A stretch of DNA of 64,000 bases from Tubiluchus corallicola (Eukaryota > Animalia > Priapulida), in NCBI GenBank assembly GCA_030141605.1, contig JAQGDQ010000841.1, forward strand, positions 1 through 64,000, read 5' to 3'. Positions 38,616 through 50,149 of this stretch are shown piece after piece. Made by a program: the position numbers and the translations under genes. The notes under the pieces were generated by a model. The model worked only from the letters and a program-made list of their open reading frames with translations. It had not been told where the DNA came from and did not search any database. Every line of letters starts with the position of its first letter. Within the stretch, counting starts at the first letter, position 1.

Positions 38616-40733
38616 ATGAGCACTGAGAACGGGCTTGCAGACAATCATTTCTCCGGGTCGCACCACCGGGTTGCGTCAGCACCGTCGGCACGGAATGGCA
38701 GATCTTCTCCTACGTACAGTGCACACAGTTACATGATTCGTACCAGTTTGTGGAAACTCAGTGCGGAAAAACGTGCGAAAAAAGTGCGGTTTTATCGCAA
38801 CGGAGACAGATACTTTAAAGGAGTGATTTACGCTGTTTCGTGCGAGAAATTCCGAACGTTTGATTCATTGCTGGCAGATCTGAATCGGACACTGTGCGAC
38901 AAGGTGAATCTACCGCACGGCGTGCGACATATATTCTCTTTACAGGGTCACAAAATCCACTCGCTAGACGAGTTAGAGGACGGCGGGTCGTACGTGTGTG
39001 CTTCCGACAATCGGTTCAAACGGGAGAATTATTCCGTTAGTTCTAACCCGACCTGGCATGCGTCGGTGAAGAATCGGTCAAGTCCTAACTTGCTAGAGCT
39101 AAGCTGTGCCCGACCGCAAGAGGAAGAGTTTGCAGCGCGAGATTTCATCAAACCCAAATTAGTCACAGTCATAAGAAACGGTGTAAAACCGCGGAAAGCC
39201 GTTCGAATACTTCTCAACAAAAAGACTGCCCACTCATTCGAACAAGTATTAAGCGACATTACCAATGCCATCAAACTGGACACCGGACCGGTCAAGAAGA
39301 TTTTCAGTTTGGATGGCCGTCAGATTACCACACTTCGAGGCTTTTTCGAAGACGACGATATTTTTATCGCTTACGGACCGGAAAAGTATTGCCATGATGA
39401 TTTTGACATCTCTGAAGACGAACTCAGAGTTTCCAGAACTCCTTCTAGAAGTAAATGTCTTGGAGGAAGTGGAAGAGTTACTCCAAAGTCTCCTCACGGT
39501 CTGAGGAAGTCAGCAAAGGATTCCCCGATCACACCAACTAGCAGTAGTAGCCATGTCAGTGGTGAACTGTCCGATGTCGAGAGACGGTCGGTCGGATGTA
39601 AGTCACCTGGCTCCGGACGAAAGCAGCGACCAAGAAGTCTGGCCAAACCGCTCGAAAATTGCCGACTGACCGCGGTTGCCAATGGAAACGGAAAGTGCAA
39701 CCTCCCGCCTTTCATCTTGGAAAAGTTTTCCGTGGGCAAATTGGTGGGCGACGGCAACTTTGCCGTTGTGCGCCAGTGCGTGGAGATGTCGACGCAGAAG
39801 GAGTACGCCCTGAAAATCATCGACAAGACGAAGGTCCGGGGAAAAGCCCAGATGATCAACAACGAAGTGAAGATCTTGAGGAAAGTTAAACATCCGAACA
39901 TTGTGCAACTTATCGAAGAATACAGCACTCCGGTCGAGCTGTACCTAGTCATGGAGCTGGTGAAGGGAGGAGATCTCTTCGACCACATCGCGTCTTCCAC
40001 TAAATACACGGAACGAGACGCCAGCGGGATGGTGTTCAACCTGCTGAGCGCCGTCAACTACCTGCATTCCATGAACATTGTTCATCGGGACATTAAACCC
40101 GAGAATCTTCTCGTGTGTGAACACGAGGACGGGAGCAAGTCGCTGAAACTTGGAGATTTTGGTTTATCGATGGAAGTAACGAAGCCCATATTCACCGTAT
40201 GCGGCACTCCCACCTACGTCGCTCCGGAAATATTAAAGGAAACCGGCTACGGCTTGCCGGTGGATATCTGGGCGGTGGGAGTGATCACCTACATTCTTCT
40301 GTGTGGCTTCCCGCCTTTCGTCAGCATCGCCAACAGCCAAGACGAGCTTTTCGACAAGATCATTGGCGGCGCATTTGAGTTCACGTCGCCCTTCTGGGAC
40401 GAGATTTCCGATTCTGCCAAGGAGCTGATTGCCGGCATGCTCCAAGTGGACCCGGAGACCCGCTGGACTGCCGAGCAGTGTCTCTTCCATCCGTGGGTGC
40501 ACGGCGACACGGCACGAGATGACGACATGCACATCACCGTCGCCAGGAAACTGACGTTGTACTTTGACATGGCCGGCAAGCATAATCATACGCCGACAAC
40601 GGCAGGATTAGCGGTTTTAGCTCACACGGCTCTGGACAAGGACATGGATCAGTGGCACGGTCACCACCGATCTCCGGAAGCTGGAGACGCTTTCCAAGTA
40701 AACTGTGACAAGCTTTTGCAAAACGAAATATGA
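38616..40733 (+). CDS. DCLK: Doublecortin-like serine/threonine kinase (two DCX domains + CaMK-like kinase), single-exon CDS, 705 aa
   Basis: DCX1 (KKVRFYRNGDRYFKG...GSYVCAS) and DCX2 (KPKLVTVIRNGVKPRKAVRILLNKKTAHSFEQVL), Ser/Pro-rich linker, and full kinase motifs (GDGNFA, ALK, HRDIKPEN, DFG, CGTPTYVAPE). Kozak cccaccATG. Splice acceptor ttttcgtttttcAG at ~38559, so 5'UTR exon(s) lie upstream. Confidence 0.97.
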   Translation: MSTENGLADNHFSGSHHRVASAPSARNGRSSPTYSAHSYMIRTSLWKLSAEKRAKKVRFYRNGDRYFKGVIYAVSCEKFRTFDSLLADLNRTLCDKVNLPHGVRHIFSLQGHKIHSLDELEDGGSYVCASDNRFKRENYSVSSNPTWHASVKNRSSPNLLELSCARPQEEEFAARDFIKPKLVTVIRNGVKPRKAVRILLNKKTAHSFEQVLSDITNAIKLDTGPVKKIFSLDGRQITTLRGFFEDDDIFIAYGPEKYCHDDFDISEDELRVSRTPSRSKCLGGSGRVTPKSPHGLRKSAKDSPITPTSSSSHVSGELSDVERRSVGCKSPGSGRKQRPRSLAKPLENCRLTAVANGNGKCNLPPFILEKFSVGKLVGDGNFAVVRQCVEMSTQKEYALKIIDKTKVRGKAQMINNEVKILRKVKHPNIVQLIEEYSTPVELYLVMELVKGGDLFDHIASSTKYTERDASGMVFNLLSAVNYLHSMNIVHRDIKPENLLVCEHEDGSKSLKLGDFGLSMEVTKPIFTVCGTPTYVAPEILKETGYGLPVDIWAVGVITYILLCGFPPFVSIANSQDELFDKIIGGAFEFTSPFWDEISDSAKELIAGMLQVDPETRWTAEQCLFHPWVHGDTARDDDMHITVARKLTLYFDMAGKHNHTPTTAGLAVLAHTALDKDMDQWHGHHRSPEAGDAFQVNCDKLLQNEI

Positions 40734-41163
40734 GCATAACCGGGTTAATTGTTTAGTTTAGTTAAGTAATATAATTATTTAATTATTTGAGTGATGCAAT
40801 CGGTATTAGCTAATACATACTCGAGTAGTTTTTCACTGTCGTTCAGCTGACAGATCATTGAGAGTTACGAGTTTCTTAGTTCAAATCTTTCCGGTGCAGA
40901 AGTTTCTGCTTTTTTTCGTTTTTGCAATTTATAATTCTTTCTTGAACACATGAGCAAAAAATCAAAATACTTCTTTTTTAGTATTAATAAATATAATTGT
41001 GCAATAGGCGAATAAGATAATCTTTTTGTGAGTGGCGTAGTAGTAATAATTTCTGTGTTTTGTCGTTCAGTATGGAGAGACTGACCAGTTAAAGCAATTT
41101 TTAATTGGACACAGGAGGTTTTTGTTGTACGATGTTTTTTATTTAACTCCCACGAACATTTAA

Positions 41164-42351
41164 AAGGGAAAAAAATTGGGAATTTTACAGCAAATCCCAA
41201 AAAACTTTCCATACAAGGTTATGGTACTTTGCATTATGCTTACCTATTTGAAAAAGTTGTGCGATTGGAAAAGAAAATTCTTCACAATTTAAAATATTCA
41301 CCGCCCCCCCCCCCCCGCCCCCGGTAAAACAGCAGTCTATCACCATCCCAGTGTTCACCACTGATTCACCATCCCAGTGTTCACCACTGATTCACCATCC
41401 CAGTGTTCACCACCGATTCACCATCCCAGTGTTCACCACTGATTCACCATCCCAGTGTTCACCACTGATTCACCATCCCAGTGTTCACCACTGATTCACC
41501 ATCCCAGTGTTCACCACTGATTCACCATCCCAGTGTTCACCACTGATTCACCATCCCAGTGTTCACCACCGATTCACCATCCCAGTGTTCACCACCGATT
41601 CACCATCCCAGTGTTCACCACCGATTCACCATCCCAGTGTTCACCACCGATTCACCATCCCAGTGTTCACCACCGATTCACCATCCCAGTGTTCACCACT
41701 GATTCACCATCCCAGTGTTCACCACTGATTCACCATCCCAGTGTTCACCACTGATTCACCATCCCAGTGTTCACCACTGATTCACCATCCCAGTGTTCAC
41801 CACTGATTCACCATCCCAGTGTTCACCACTGATTCACCATCCCAGTGTTCACCACTGATTCACCATCCCAGTGTTCACCACTGATTCACCATCCCAGTGT
41901 TCACCACCGATTCACCATCCCAGTGTTCACCACCGATTCACCATCCCAGTGTTCACCACTGATTCACCATCCCAGTGTTCACCACCGATTCACCATCCCA
42001 GTGTTCACCACTGATTCACCATCCCAGTGTTCACCACTGATTCACCAAAAACGTATCTTTAAACTTATTGACACGATACGGTAATTTAAAATTTTACTTA
42101 ACTAGCGAAGATAGTGCTACGAATGCTCTGATGATGTTTCCGAACTTTACACAATGTTATCTAGACTTGTTTCAAATGACTTACCGATAAAATGACTGCG
42201 CCTAACAGACATCGTGGGAGTTTAAATTTAAAAGTTTTTTACAGTGTTACTCCTAACACTAGCTCTATATGTAATAACACAGCATGTAAGTGCTCGTTGG
42301 TTTTGAGACGAATTTTTTAAGCTTTGTTTATGAAAAGTGTTATCTTGTCCT
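41164..42351 (+). mobile_element. Kolobok-like MITE related to family B, with an internal 26-bp minisatellite
   Basis: TTAA-AAGGGAAAA...TCTTGTCCT-TTAA; the right half is homologous to family B and the left end to 55447. Confidence 0.7.
41340..42047. repeat. 26-bp minisatellite, ~27 copies
   Basis: Unit caccatcccagtgttcaccac(t/c)gatt. Confidence 0.97.
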
Positions 42352-42785
42352 TTAAACTTTTTTTGACAGATATTGCATTTACGAGTGGCTGTCGTTGTCA
42401 AAGATCTCAGCATTAGGAATAGGTTGTGAGTTTTGTGGTAGATTATGGCCTTATTAAAAGCTCTTAGAACTGCTGTATTGCAAGTTGGAAATGAGTGTCT
42501 TGTCTTCCTCTTCTTCATGTGCCGTACCACGTGCACATGGTCAGATATTTGGAAAATTTCGGCGGTCCATTTCTAGCTTATTTCATTCTTGCAATTAATA
42601 CATCCAAGGGGGGGGGCGAAGAGATATACCCCTACTATCACAGTCATTGCTTAAAATTATCGTGCCCCCGTACCCTCATATGGTATAGTGGTGGTGGGGT
42701 CAGACGAGTGCAGCGAGCCTCTACAGCTAGTGGGTGGGTTTGGAGCGCTGTAACTACACATTACATTGATTATTGATCACAATAA

Positions 42786-42820
<35 letters not shown>

Positions 42821-43147
42821 GATATATAGAAAAATATACTGATATATGGAGATCTTGAATTAAAAATAAGATATAAACGATAACACACTGCTTTTGAATA
42901 CCGGAGTATTGAATGATCCATAAAAAGACAGTGTGACCTGCCATCATCTAACTGATTTAAATGAAAAGAACTCTATGATACAATTAATGGTAGAATGCTG
43001 AACGGTTTTTCCTGGGTAAAGGCTGGAGATGATTGTAGTTCTCCCGAGTTCTCGTGAGCAAAAATCATAAAAGTCACAGCATGAAAATACGGAGATAGAA
43101 AGAGACAAGGAGTAGAAGAAAGAAAAAACTTTTCAGATAAAAGTATA

Positions 43148-43565
43148 CCGATATGACCTAGGACTGCATGGTTTTGCCACTGTTGAACTGATACGACCGA
43201 AGACTGCGCGGTGTTGCCACTGTTGAACTGATACGACCGAAGACTGCGCGGTGTTGCCACTGTTGAACTGATATGACCGAAGACTGCGCGGTGTTGCCAC
43301 TGTTGAACTGATATGACCGAAGACTGCGTGGTGTTGCCACTGTTGAACTGATACGACCGAAGACTGCAACATGACCGAAGACTGCGTGGTGTTGCCACTG
43401 TTGAACTGATATGACCGAAGACTGCGTGGTGTTGCCACTGTTGAACTGATATGACCGAAGACTGCGTGGTGTTGCCACTGTTGAACTGATATGACCGAAG
43501 ACTGCGTGGTGTTGCCACTGTTGAACTGATATGACCGAAGACTGCGTGGTGTTGCCACTGTTGAA
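43148..43565. repeat. 40-bp minisatellite, ~10 copies
   Basis: Unit ttgccactgttgaactgatatgaccgaagactgcgtggtg. Confidence 0.95.
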
Positions 43566-44164
43566 GATGTTGATCCTTCTCTTTGTATCGGCAGCTGCGA
43601 TTCGTCCCAAACTGTCACTATTTGTAGTGACCACTTGACCCCCGGGCCCGGCCTCTTACGCCAGAGTGATAGTAGCTAATGTCAGGCAATTTACCCCACT
43701 ACTGAGTGAGACAGAGAACAGAAAAATCCGAGTCCTGACACAACATGGGGAATTAATTGCATGTAGAGGTTCCAATTTCCAAACCCCCTCACCCTATGTT
43801 AGAAGACCTTATTCATGGGTGGTCAAGTGACCTGCATGCCCCCCCCCCCCCAAGCGGACGCCCATGGATGTACCATATAATGTTACCGCGTTTTTCTCTG
43901 TCGAGGTTGGCCTATTTTAAGAACAGATCTCACCGTTCTCGCGAAATAAAGATTTGCTCAAATCCACTTGTAGTCAAACTACTTAGAGTGGGCACTTTTT
44001 TAAATTCTGTAAAGCAGTTGTGCTCGAAGCTGTAGTGCATCATGGTCATTAGCCCACATTATTGTAATAATGCTTGTACATTGCTTTGAGTGTGAATTGC
44101 AGGTGCTCGGCTAGATTGAGTGCCTGCAGCAGTTTTCATGGTTAAAAACTCAGCAAGTTAACAG

Positions 44165-46525
44165 TTTAGTGTAGCAACGTGTGCGGTGCGCGCAAGGGTC
44201 AGTTTTTGCTCCCCCGGGGGTGTAGACTGTAACAGTTTTGTAATTTTCTAGGTGTACTCAGTATAACAACGTGTGCGGTGTTGTTTAGTGTGGAACACGC
44301 AAGGGTCAGTTTTTGCTCCCCGGGGGTGTAGACTGTAACAGTTTTGTAATTTTCTAGGTGTACTCAGTATAACAACGTGTGCGGTGTTGTTTAGTGTGGA
44401 ACACGCAAGGGTCAGTTTTTGCTCCCCCGGGGGTGTAGACTGTAACAGTTTTGTAATTTTCTAGGTGTACTCAGTATAACAACGTGTGCGGTGTTGTTTA
44501 GTGTGGAACACGCAAGGGTCAGTTTTTGCTCCCCGGGGGTGTAGACTGTAACAGTTTGTAATTTTCTAGGTGTACTCAGTATAACAACGTGTGCGGTGTT
44601 GTTTAGTGTGGAACACGCAAGGGTCAGTTTTTGCTCCCCGGGGGTGTAGACTGTAACAGTTTTGTAATTTTCTAGGTGTACTCAGTATAACAACGTGTGC
44701 GGTGTTGTTTAGTGTGGAACACGCAAGGGTCAGTTTTTGCTCCCCGGGGGTGTAGACTGTAACAGTTTTGTAATTTTCTAGGTGTACTCAGTATAACAAC
44801 GTGTGCGGTGTTGTTTAGTGTGGAACACGCAAGGGTCAGTTTTTGCTCCCCCGGAGATGTAGACTGTTACAGTTTTGTAATTTTCTAGCTGTACTGAGTA
44901 TAGCAACGTGTGTGCGGTGTTGTTTAGTGTGGAACACGCAAGGGTCAGTTTTTGCTCCCCCGGAGGTGTAGACTGTTACAGTTTGTAATTTTCTAGCTGT
45001 ACTCAGTATAGCAACGTGTACGGTGTTGTTTAGTGTGGAACACGCAAGGGTCAGTTTTTGCTCCCCCGGAGGTGTAGACTGTTACAGTTTTGTAATTTTC
45101 TAGCTGTACTCAGTATAACAACGTGTGTGCGGTGTTGTTTAGTGTGGAACACGCAAGGGTCAGTTTTTTCTCCCCTGGGGGTGTAGACTGTTACAGTTTT
45201 GTAATTTTCTAGCTGTACTCAGTATAGCAATGTGTGCGATGTTGTTTAGTGTGGAACACGCAAGGGTCAGTTTTTGCTCCCGGGGGGGGGGGGTGTAGAC
45301 TGTTACAGTTTTGTAATTTTCTAGCTGTACTCAGTATAGCAACGTGTGTACGGTGTTGTTTAGTGTGGAACACGCAAGAGTCAGTTTTTGCTCCCCCGGG
45401 GGTGTAGACTGTTACAGTTTTGTAATTTTCTAGGTGTACTCAGTATAGTAACGTGTGTGATGTTGTTTAGTGTGGAACACGCAAGGGTCAGTTTTTGCTC
45501 CCCCGGGGGTGTAGACTGTTACAGTTTTGTAATTTTCTAGCTGTACTCAGTATAACAACGTGTGTGCGGTGTTGTTTAGTGTGGAACACGCAAGGGTCAG
45601 TTTTTTCTCCCCCGGGGGTGTAGACTGTTACAGTTTAGTAATTTTCTAGCTGTACTGAGTATAGCAATGTGTGCGATGTTGTTTAGTGAGGAGCACGCAA
45701 GGGTCAGTTTTTGCTCCCCCGGGGGTGTAGACTGTTACAGTTTTGTAATTTTCTAGCTGTACTCAGTATAACAACGTGTGTGCGGTGTTGTTTAGTGTGG
45801 AACACGCAAGGGTCAGTTTTTGCTCCCCCTGGGGGGTGTAGACTGTTACAGTTTTGTAATTTTCTAGCTGTACTCAGTATAGCAATGTGTGCGATGTTGT
45901 TTAGTGTGGAACACGCAAGGGTCAATTTTTGCTCCCCGGGGGTGTAGACTGTTATGGTTTTGTAATTTTCTAGCTGTACTCAGTATAACAACGTGTGTGC
46001 GGTGTTGTTTAGTGTGGAACACGCAAGGGTCAGTTTTTGCTCCCCGGGGGTATAGACTGTTACAGTTTAGTAATTTTCTAGCTGTACTCAGTATAACAAC
46101 GTGTGTGCGGTGTTGTTTAGTGTGGAACACGCAAGGGTCAGTTTTTGCTCCCCGGGGGGGGGGGGTGTAGACTGTTACAGTTTTGTAATTTTCTAGCTGT
46201 ACTCAGTATAGCAATGTGTGCGATGTTGTTTAGTGTGGAACACGCAAGGGTCAATTTTTGCTCCCCGGGGTTGTAGACTGTTATGGTTTTGTAATTTTCT
46301 AGCTGTACTCAGTATAACAACGTGTGTGCGGTGTTGTTTAGTGTGGAACACGCAAGGGTCAGTTTTTGCTCCCCGGGGGTGTAGACTGTAACAGTTTTGT
46401 AATTTTCTAGCTGTACTCAGTATAACAACGTGTGCGGTGTTGTTTAGTGTGGAACACGCAAGGGTCAGTTTTTGCTCCCCGGGGGTGTAGACTGTTATGG
46501 TTTTGTAATTTTCTAGCTGTACTTT
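44165..46525. repeat. ~107-bp satellite, ~22 copies
   Basis: Unit gggtcagtttttgctccccgggggtgtagactgt(a/t)acag...tgtggaacacgcaa. Confidence 0.96.
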
Positions 46526-46788
46526 AGTAGCAAGGCTTGTATTGGATGTTAAAAAGAGAAAGAGATTGGATGTTAAAAAGAGAAAGAGATTGGATGTTAA
46601 AAAGATTCAGCACATTCTTGCCAAAATTGTGCTTCCAACAAATTTCATATGGTTCATAACAAAAAACATATTAATAACATAAATTTTGATAACTTATTAT
46701 TTATTTGTTAATAGTAAATAAATAATGTAGTCAATTACGATATAAAAATCTGTGACTTTTCTATTTATCTGTGTTTTATCGCAGGAGT

Positions 46789-47157
46789 AATAAGCGTTTT
46801 GACAGTTTGGTGGTGCACACGCTCAGTTTCTGCAGGTCAAAGGTTAAGTGTGCCACACCAATGCATATTAACTGCAACCACCGTGTGACATATGGGTATA
46901 GCAAAGCTGTCTGCTGCATCAGTTGAGTAACTTCGGTTGTTTATGTGGATTTTACTTAATTATGCATTTATTGGCAGGATCTTGCTTGAGAACAAGAAAA
47001 AATGAACTAGGTAAGATTCTAGCTGTCAAAACTGTTAGTGTCACAATAGCATGGGCTGTGAGGCGTTGTCAAGTGTACAGAAATGCATTGTCTGGTACAC
47101 TTGACCTTTGACCTTTCAACGATCATCGTCAATTGTGTATCTGTGAAAAGGCTTATT
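46789..47157. mobile_element. MITE family C with terminal and subterminal inverted repeats
   Basis: TIR AATAAGCGTTTTGACAG / CTGTGAAAAGGCTTATT; inner IR AGGTCAAAGGTTAAGTGTGCCA / TGGTACACTTGACCTTTGACCT. Confidence 0.75.
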
Positions 47158-47436
47158 GGCACGGACAGATCATTCATTCTAATGGACGTGAAATTTCTCA
47201 TTTTCCTAAAAGCGCTATCATCGTAACCCCTTGGTGATTATAATTGACGGTCGATGATGTACGATCAAAACTGCAGCGTTTGGTCTGGCGCCTGAATTAA
47301 TCATTCATTTACATGCAAAAACTGCAAGCTTATCCATTAACAAACTTGTTTTCAGCAATGTAACTAATGTACATTGTGTTTTTCAATTTTTAGATCGAAC
47401 TTAAAACCTGTAGTTGTTGCTCAGTTTTTCTTGTAG

Positions 47437-47733
47437 CATTGTTTGTACATTGTTACTGCATTGTTACTATATTGTTAGTACATTGTTACTACATTGTTAG
47501 TACATTGTTACTGCATTGTTACTATATTGTTAGTACATTGTTACTACATTGTTAGTACATTGTTACTACATTATTAGTACATTGTTACTACATTGTTAGT
47601 ACAATGTTAGTACGTTGTTACTACATTGTTAGTACATTGTTACTACATTATTAGTACATTGTTACTACATTATTAGTACATTGTCACTATATTGCTACTA
47701 CATTGTTACTACATTGTTAGTACATTGTTAGTA
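47437..47733. repeat. 11-bp minisatellite
   Basis: Unit acattgtta(g/c)t. Confidence 0.92.
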
Positions 47734-47807
47734 AGTAAAGACTTTATTAGTTAAAACATCAGAATGATTGTGAACATGAGCATCTGCCTATTATGAGGTT
47801 CCATTAA

Positions 47808-48353
47808 AGGAAAAGACAAGTCATTCAGTTTGTCGGGTTTCTTTTACTGTTATCAGTTAAAGTTAGGAAAATATAACAATGAAATTTGCAAAAAATTGTC
47901 CGTAAAGCATAAATTTAAAATATACTTTCCTATGGATAGAAATTTTCAGTTCGCCACCATTCAATTGAAAATCATGACGTAACTGGGAGACTTCGTGAGT
48001 TTTCGTAAGCGCATCGTTGCTTTCCGTAAGCACGAGCTGCTTAAACTAATTCAAACTTCTGCAGCTTACCTAACGTTCATGCAAAAATATTACAAAATCA
48101 GCTGTCTAATTTTTTGTAAAAACTTATTATACTTTTGATGAAGACTGCCAATGCGCCACTTTCTTCAAGACGAATGACGTCATTGGAAGAAGAACGGGCA
48201 TTGAAAATGGAAGCTCTCAAGCATGAAGTGATCGCGAATTTAAAGTGATTTTGCTAATTACACGAGGCGGTTATTGTAGTTTTATTACTAAATCGTAACA
48301 TTTCTCACGAACACTGAAATAAGCCTAACATCCAAGAAGGCTTGACTTTTCCT
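47808..48353 (+). mobile_element. Kolobok-like MITE, family A
   Basis: TTAA-AGGAAAAGACAAG...CTTGACTTTTCCT-TTAA; collinear with 202-809. Confidence 0.82.
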
Positions 48354-48620
48354 TTAAAACACGATCAGATCTGATAAGCAAAAATTGTCATTGGCAAAGT
48401 ATTCTTGTAAACTTAACGTGATATTTGTAATAATTACTCTTTGTTTTCCTGCATTGTTGTTCGTTGTTGTGAATGCTTGTTTACTTTTCTGCTTCATTGA
48501 GCTTCAGATCTTGTAGTTTAATTTACCGGAAAATGGAAGTCAAATTTCTCTGAACTTTTCGAAAAAGCTGTAAAATGTAAAACAAGTTTCGATCTTGTTT
48601 ACAATCATTATATATATATA

Positions 48621-48998
48621 TGTTTCGTTGTGTGCACGTTGCTGTAGGTCAAAGGGTAAGTGTGCCACAGCATCGCGTCTTAATTACAACTATCATGTGC
48701 TGTGTGTACTTAAAACAAAGCCGTCTGCCGCACCAGTTCAGGAACGTCAGTTTTTTTCGCGTGGTCTTTACTTAATAATGCATTAGTCTGTGCCTAGAGT
48801 GATTTGCTAGCAGGATCTTGCTTGGGAACAAGAAAAAATGAACTAGGTAAGGTTCTAGGTAGCTGTTAAAACTGTTACTGTTACAATAGCAAGGGCTGCG
48901 AGGCATTGTCAAGTGTACACAAATGTGTTGTCTGGTACACTTAACCTTTGACCTCTTCACGCTCATCATCAATCGCTGGAACTGTGTAAAGGCTTATT
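48621..48998. mobile_element. MITE family C copy
   Basis: Collinear with 46789-47157; ends aaaggcttatt. Confidence 0.7.
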
Positions 48999-49065
48999 GC
49001 AGGTGCATGAATTACCATTGTTATATATTATTACACACATACACACACACACAGATATATGTGTG

Positions 49066-49097
<32 letters not shown>

Positions 49098-50149
49098 TGC
49101 GTGTGTGAGTATAATGGTAAAAATGTAATAATACGGTTGAGGTTAATGATAGACCGTGTGTTCCATAATCATTAAATTTTATTCGAAATTACATTTCGTT
49201 TGTTTATTTGACAGATGTTGTCTTCAAAAAGTCTGTATTTGCATATTGTTGTTAGGTATAATATTAATATGGGAGATTGATGAAAGATATCTGTGCTGTT
49301 CAGAAGATATCTGTGCTGTTCAGAAGATTCGTCAAACATTCGCTTTCTTAGTTACTATTCAAGTCACTTGACCAAATAAGATTAATATTATTATTGTATA
49401 AAACTTTCATTGATTTCCCTTTCAATGTTATTCGTTTGTGAGTCTAGGCTTTATCTGTCTGCGTGAAAGTAGACAAGCTTTCCATTGACGTAGATGTGAG
49501 CATTACAAATAAGTATTACGGAATTCATCAGACCTATTTCATTTCTTTTATCGCTGGATGAGCATTAAAATTATGGCCTCGAATGTCTAGCAGTTAATGG
49601 AGCTTGCACGTGCTGCCATCTACACTGGCATTGTTTAACTACAAACTGGGCGTCTTTACAACGAGCATTCGCAGCTGTATGAAATGTAGATTAAAGTGCA
49701 TCTGTATGTATGGTTGTTTAACAATACCGTGATCTGTATTAATATGAAAATAAGACGAGAAAATAAAATAAGACTTTGTTGTGCTGCAGTTTGACTATCT
49801 ACATGTTTATGTGTACAACGTAAGTCATAGTTACATGACTAATTTTTGCCATTAAAATACATTGATAACCACTGAAATAAAACTTTACAGAAATGATCAG
49901 TGTTAGTTAATAAAAACTTACACTGCTAAAGACAAATGCGTCAGTGCAATCTAAACTACAGTGCAGTAATGAAAAGTAATGACGAATGAAAATAAAACGT
50001 AATTACAACTATTTACAAATATTAAAAATTATGATTTAATTAATATGGCCGTAAATATATAGATTCTGAATTAGTGTGTCTGTAGAAACACTGCGATTGC
50101 AATTTGTACAGCAAAACAACAAATGTCAGCATAGACTGATGTTAGATCA

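Noticed and set aside
39029-40737. Antisense and alternate-frame ORFs overlapping DCLK
   Set aside because: Expected shadows of a GC-rich coding sequence; no recognisable motifs.
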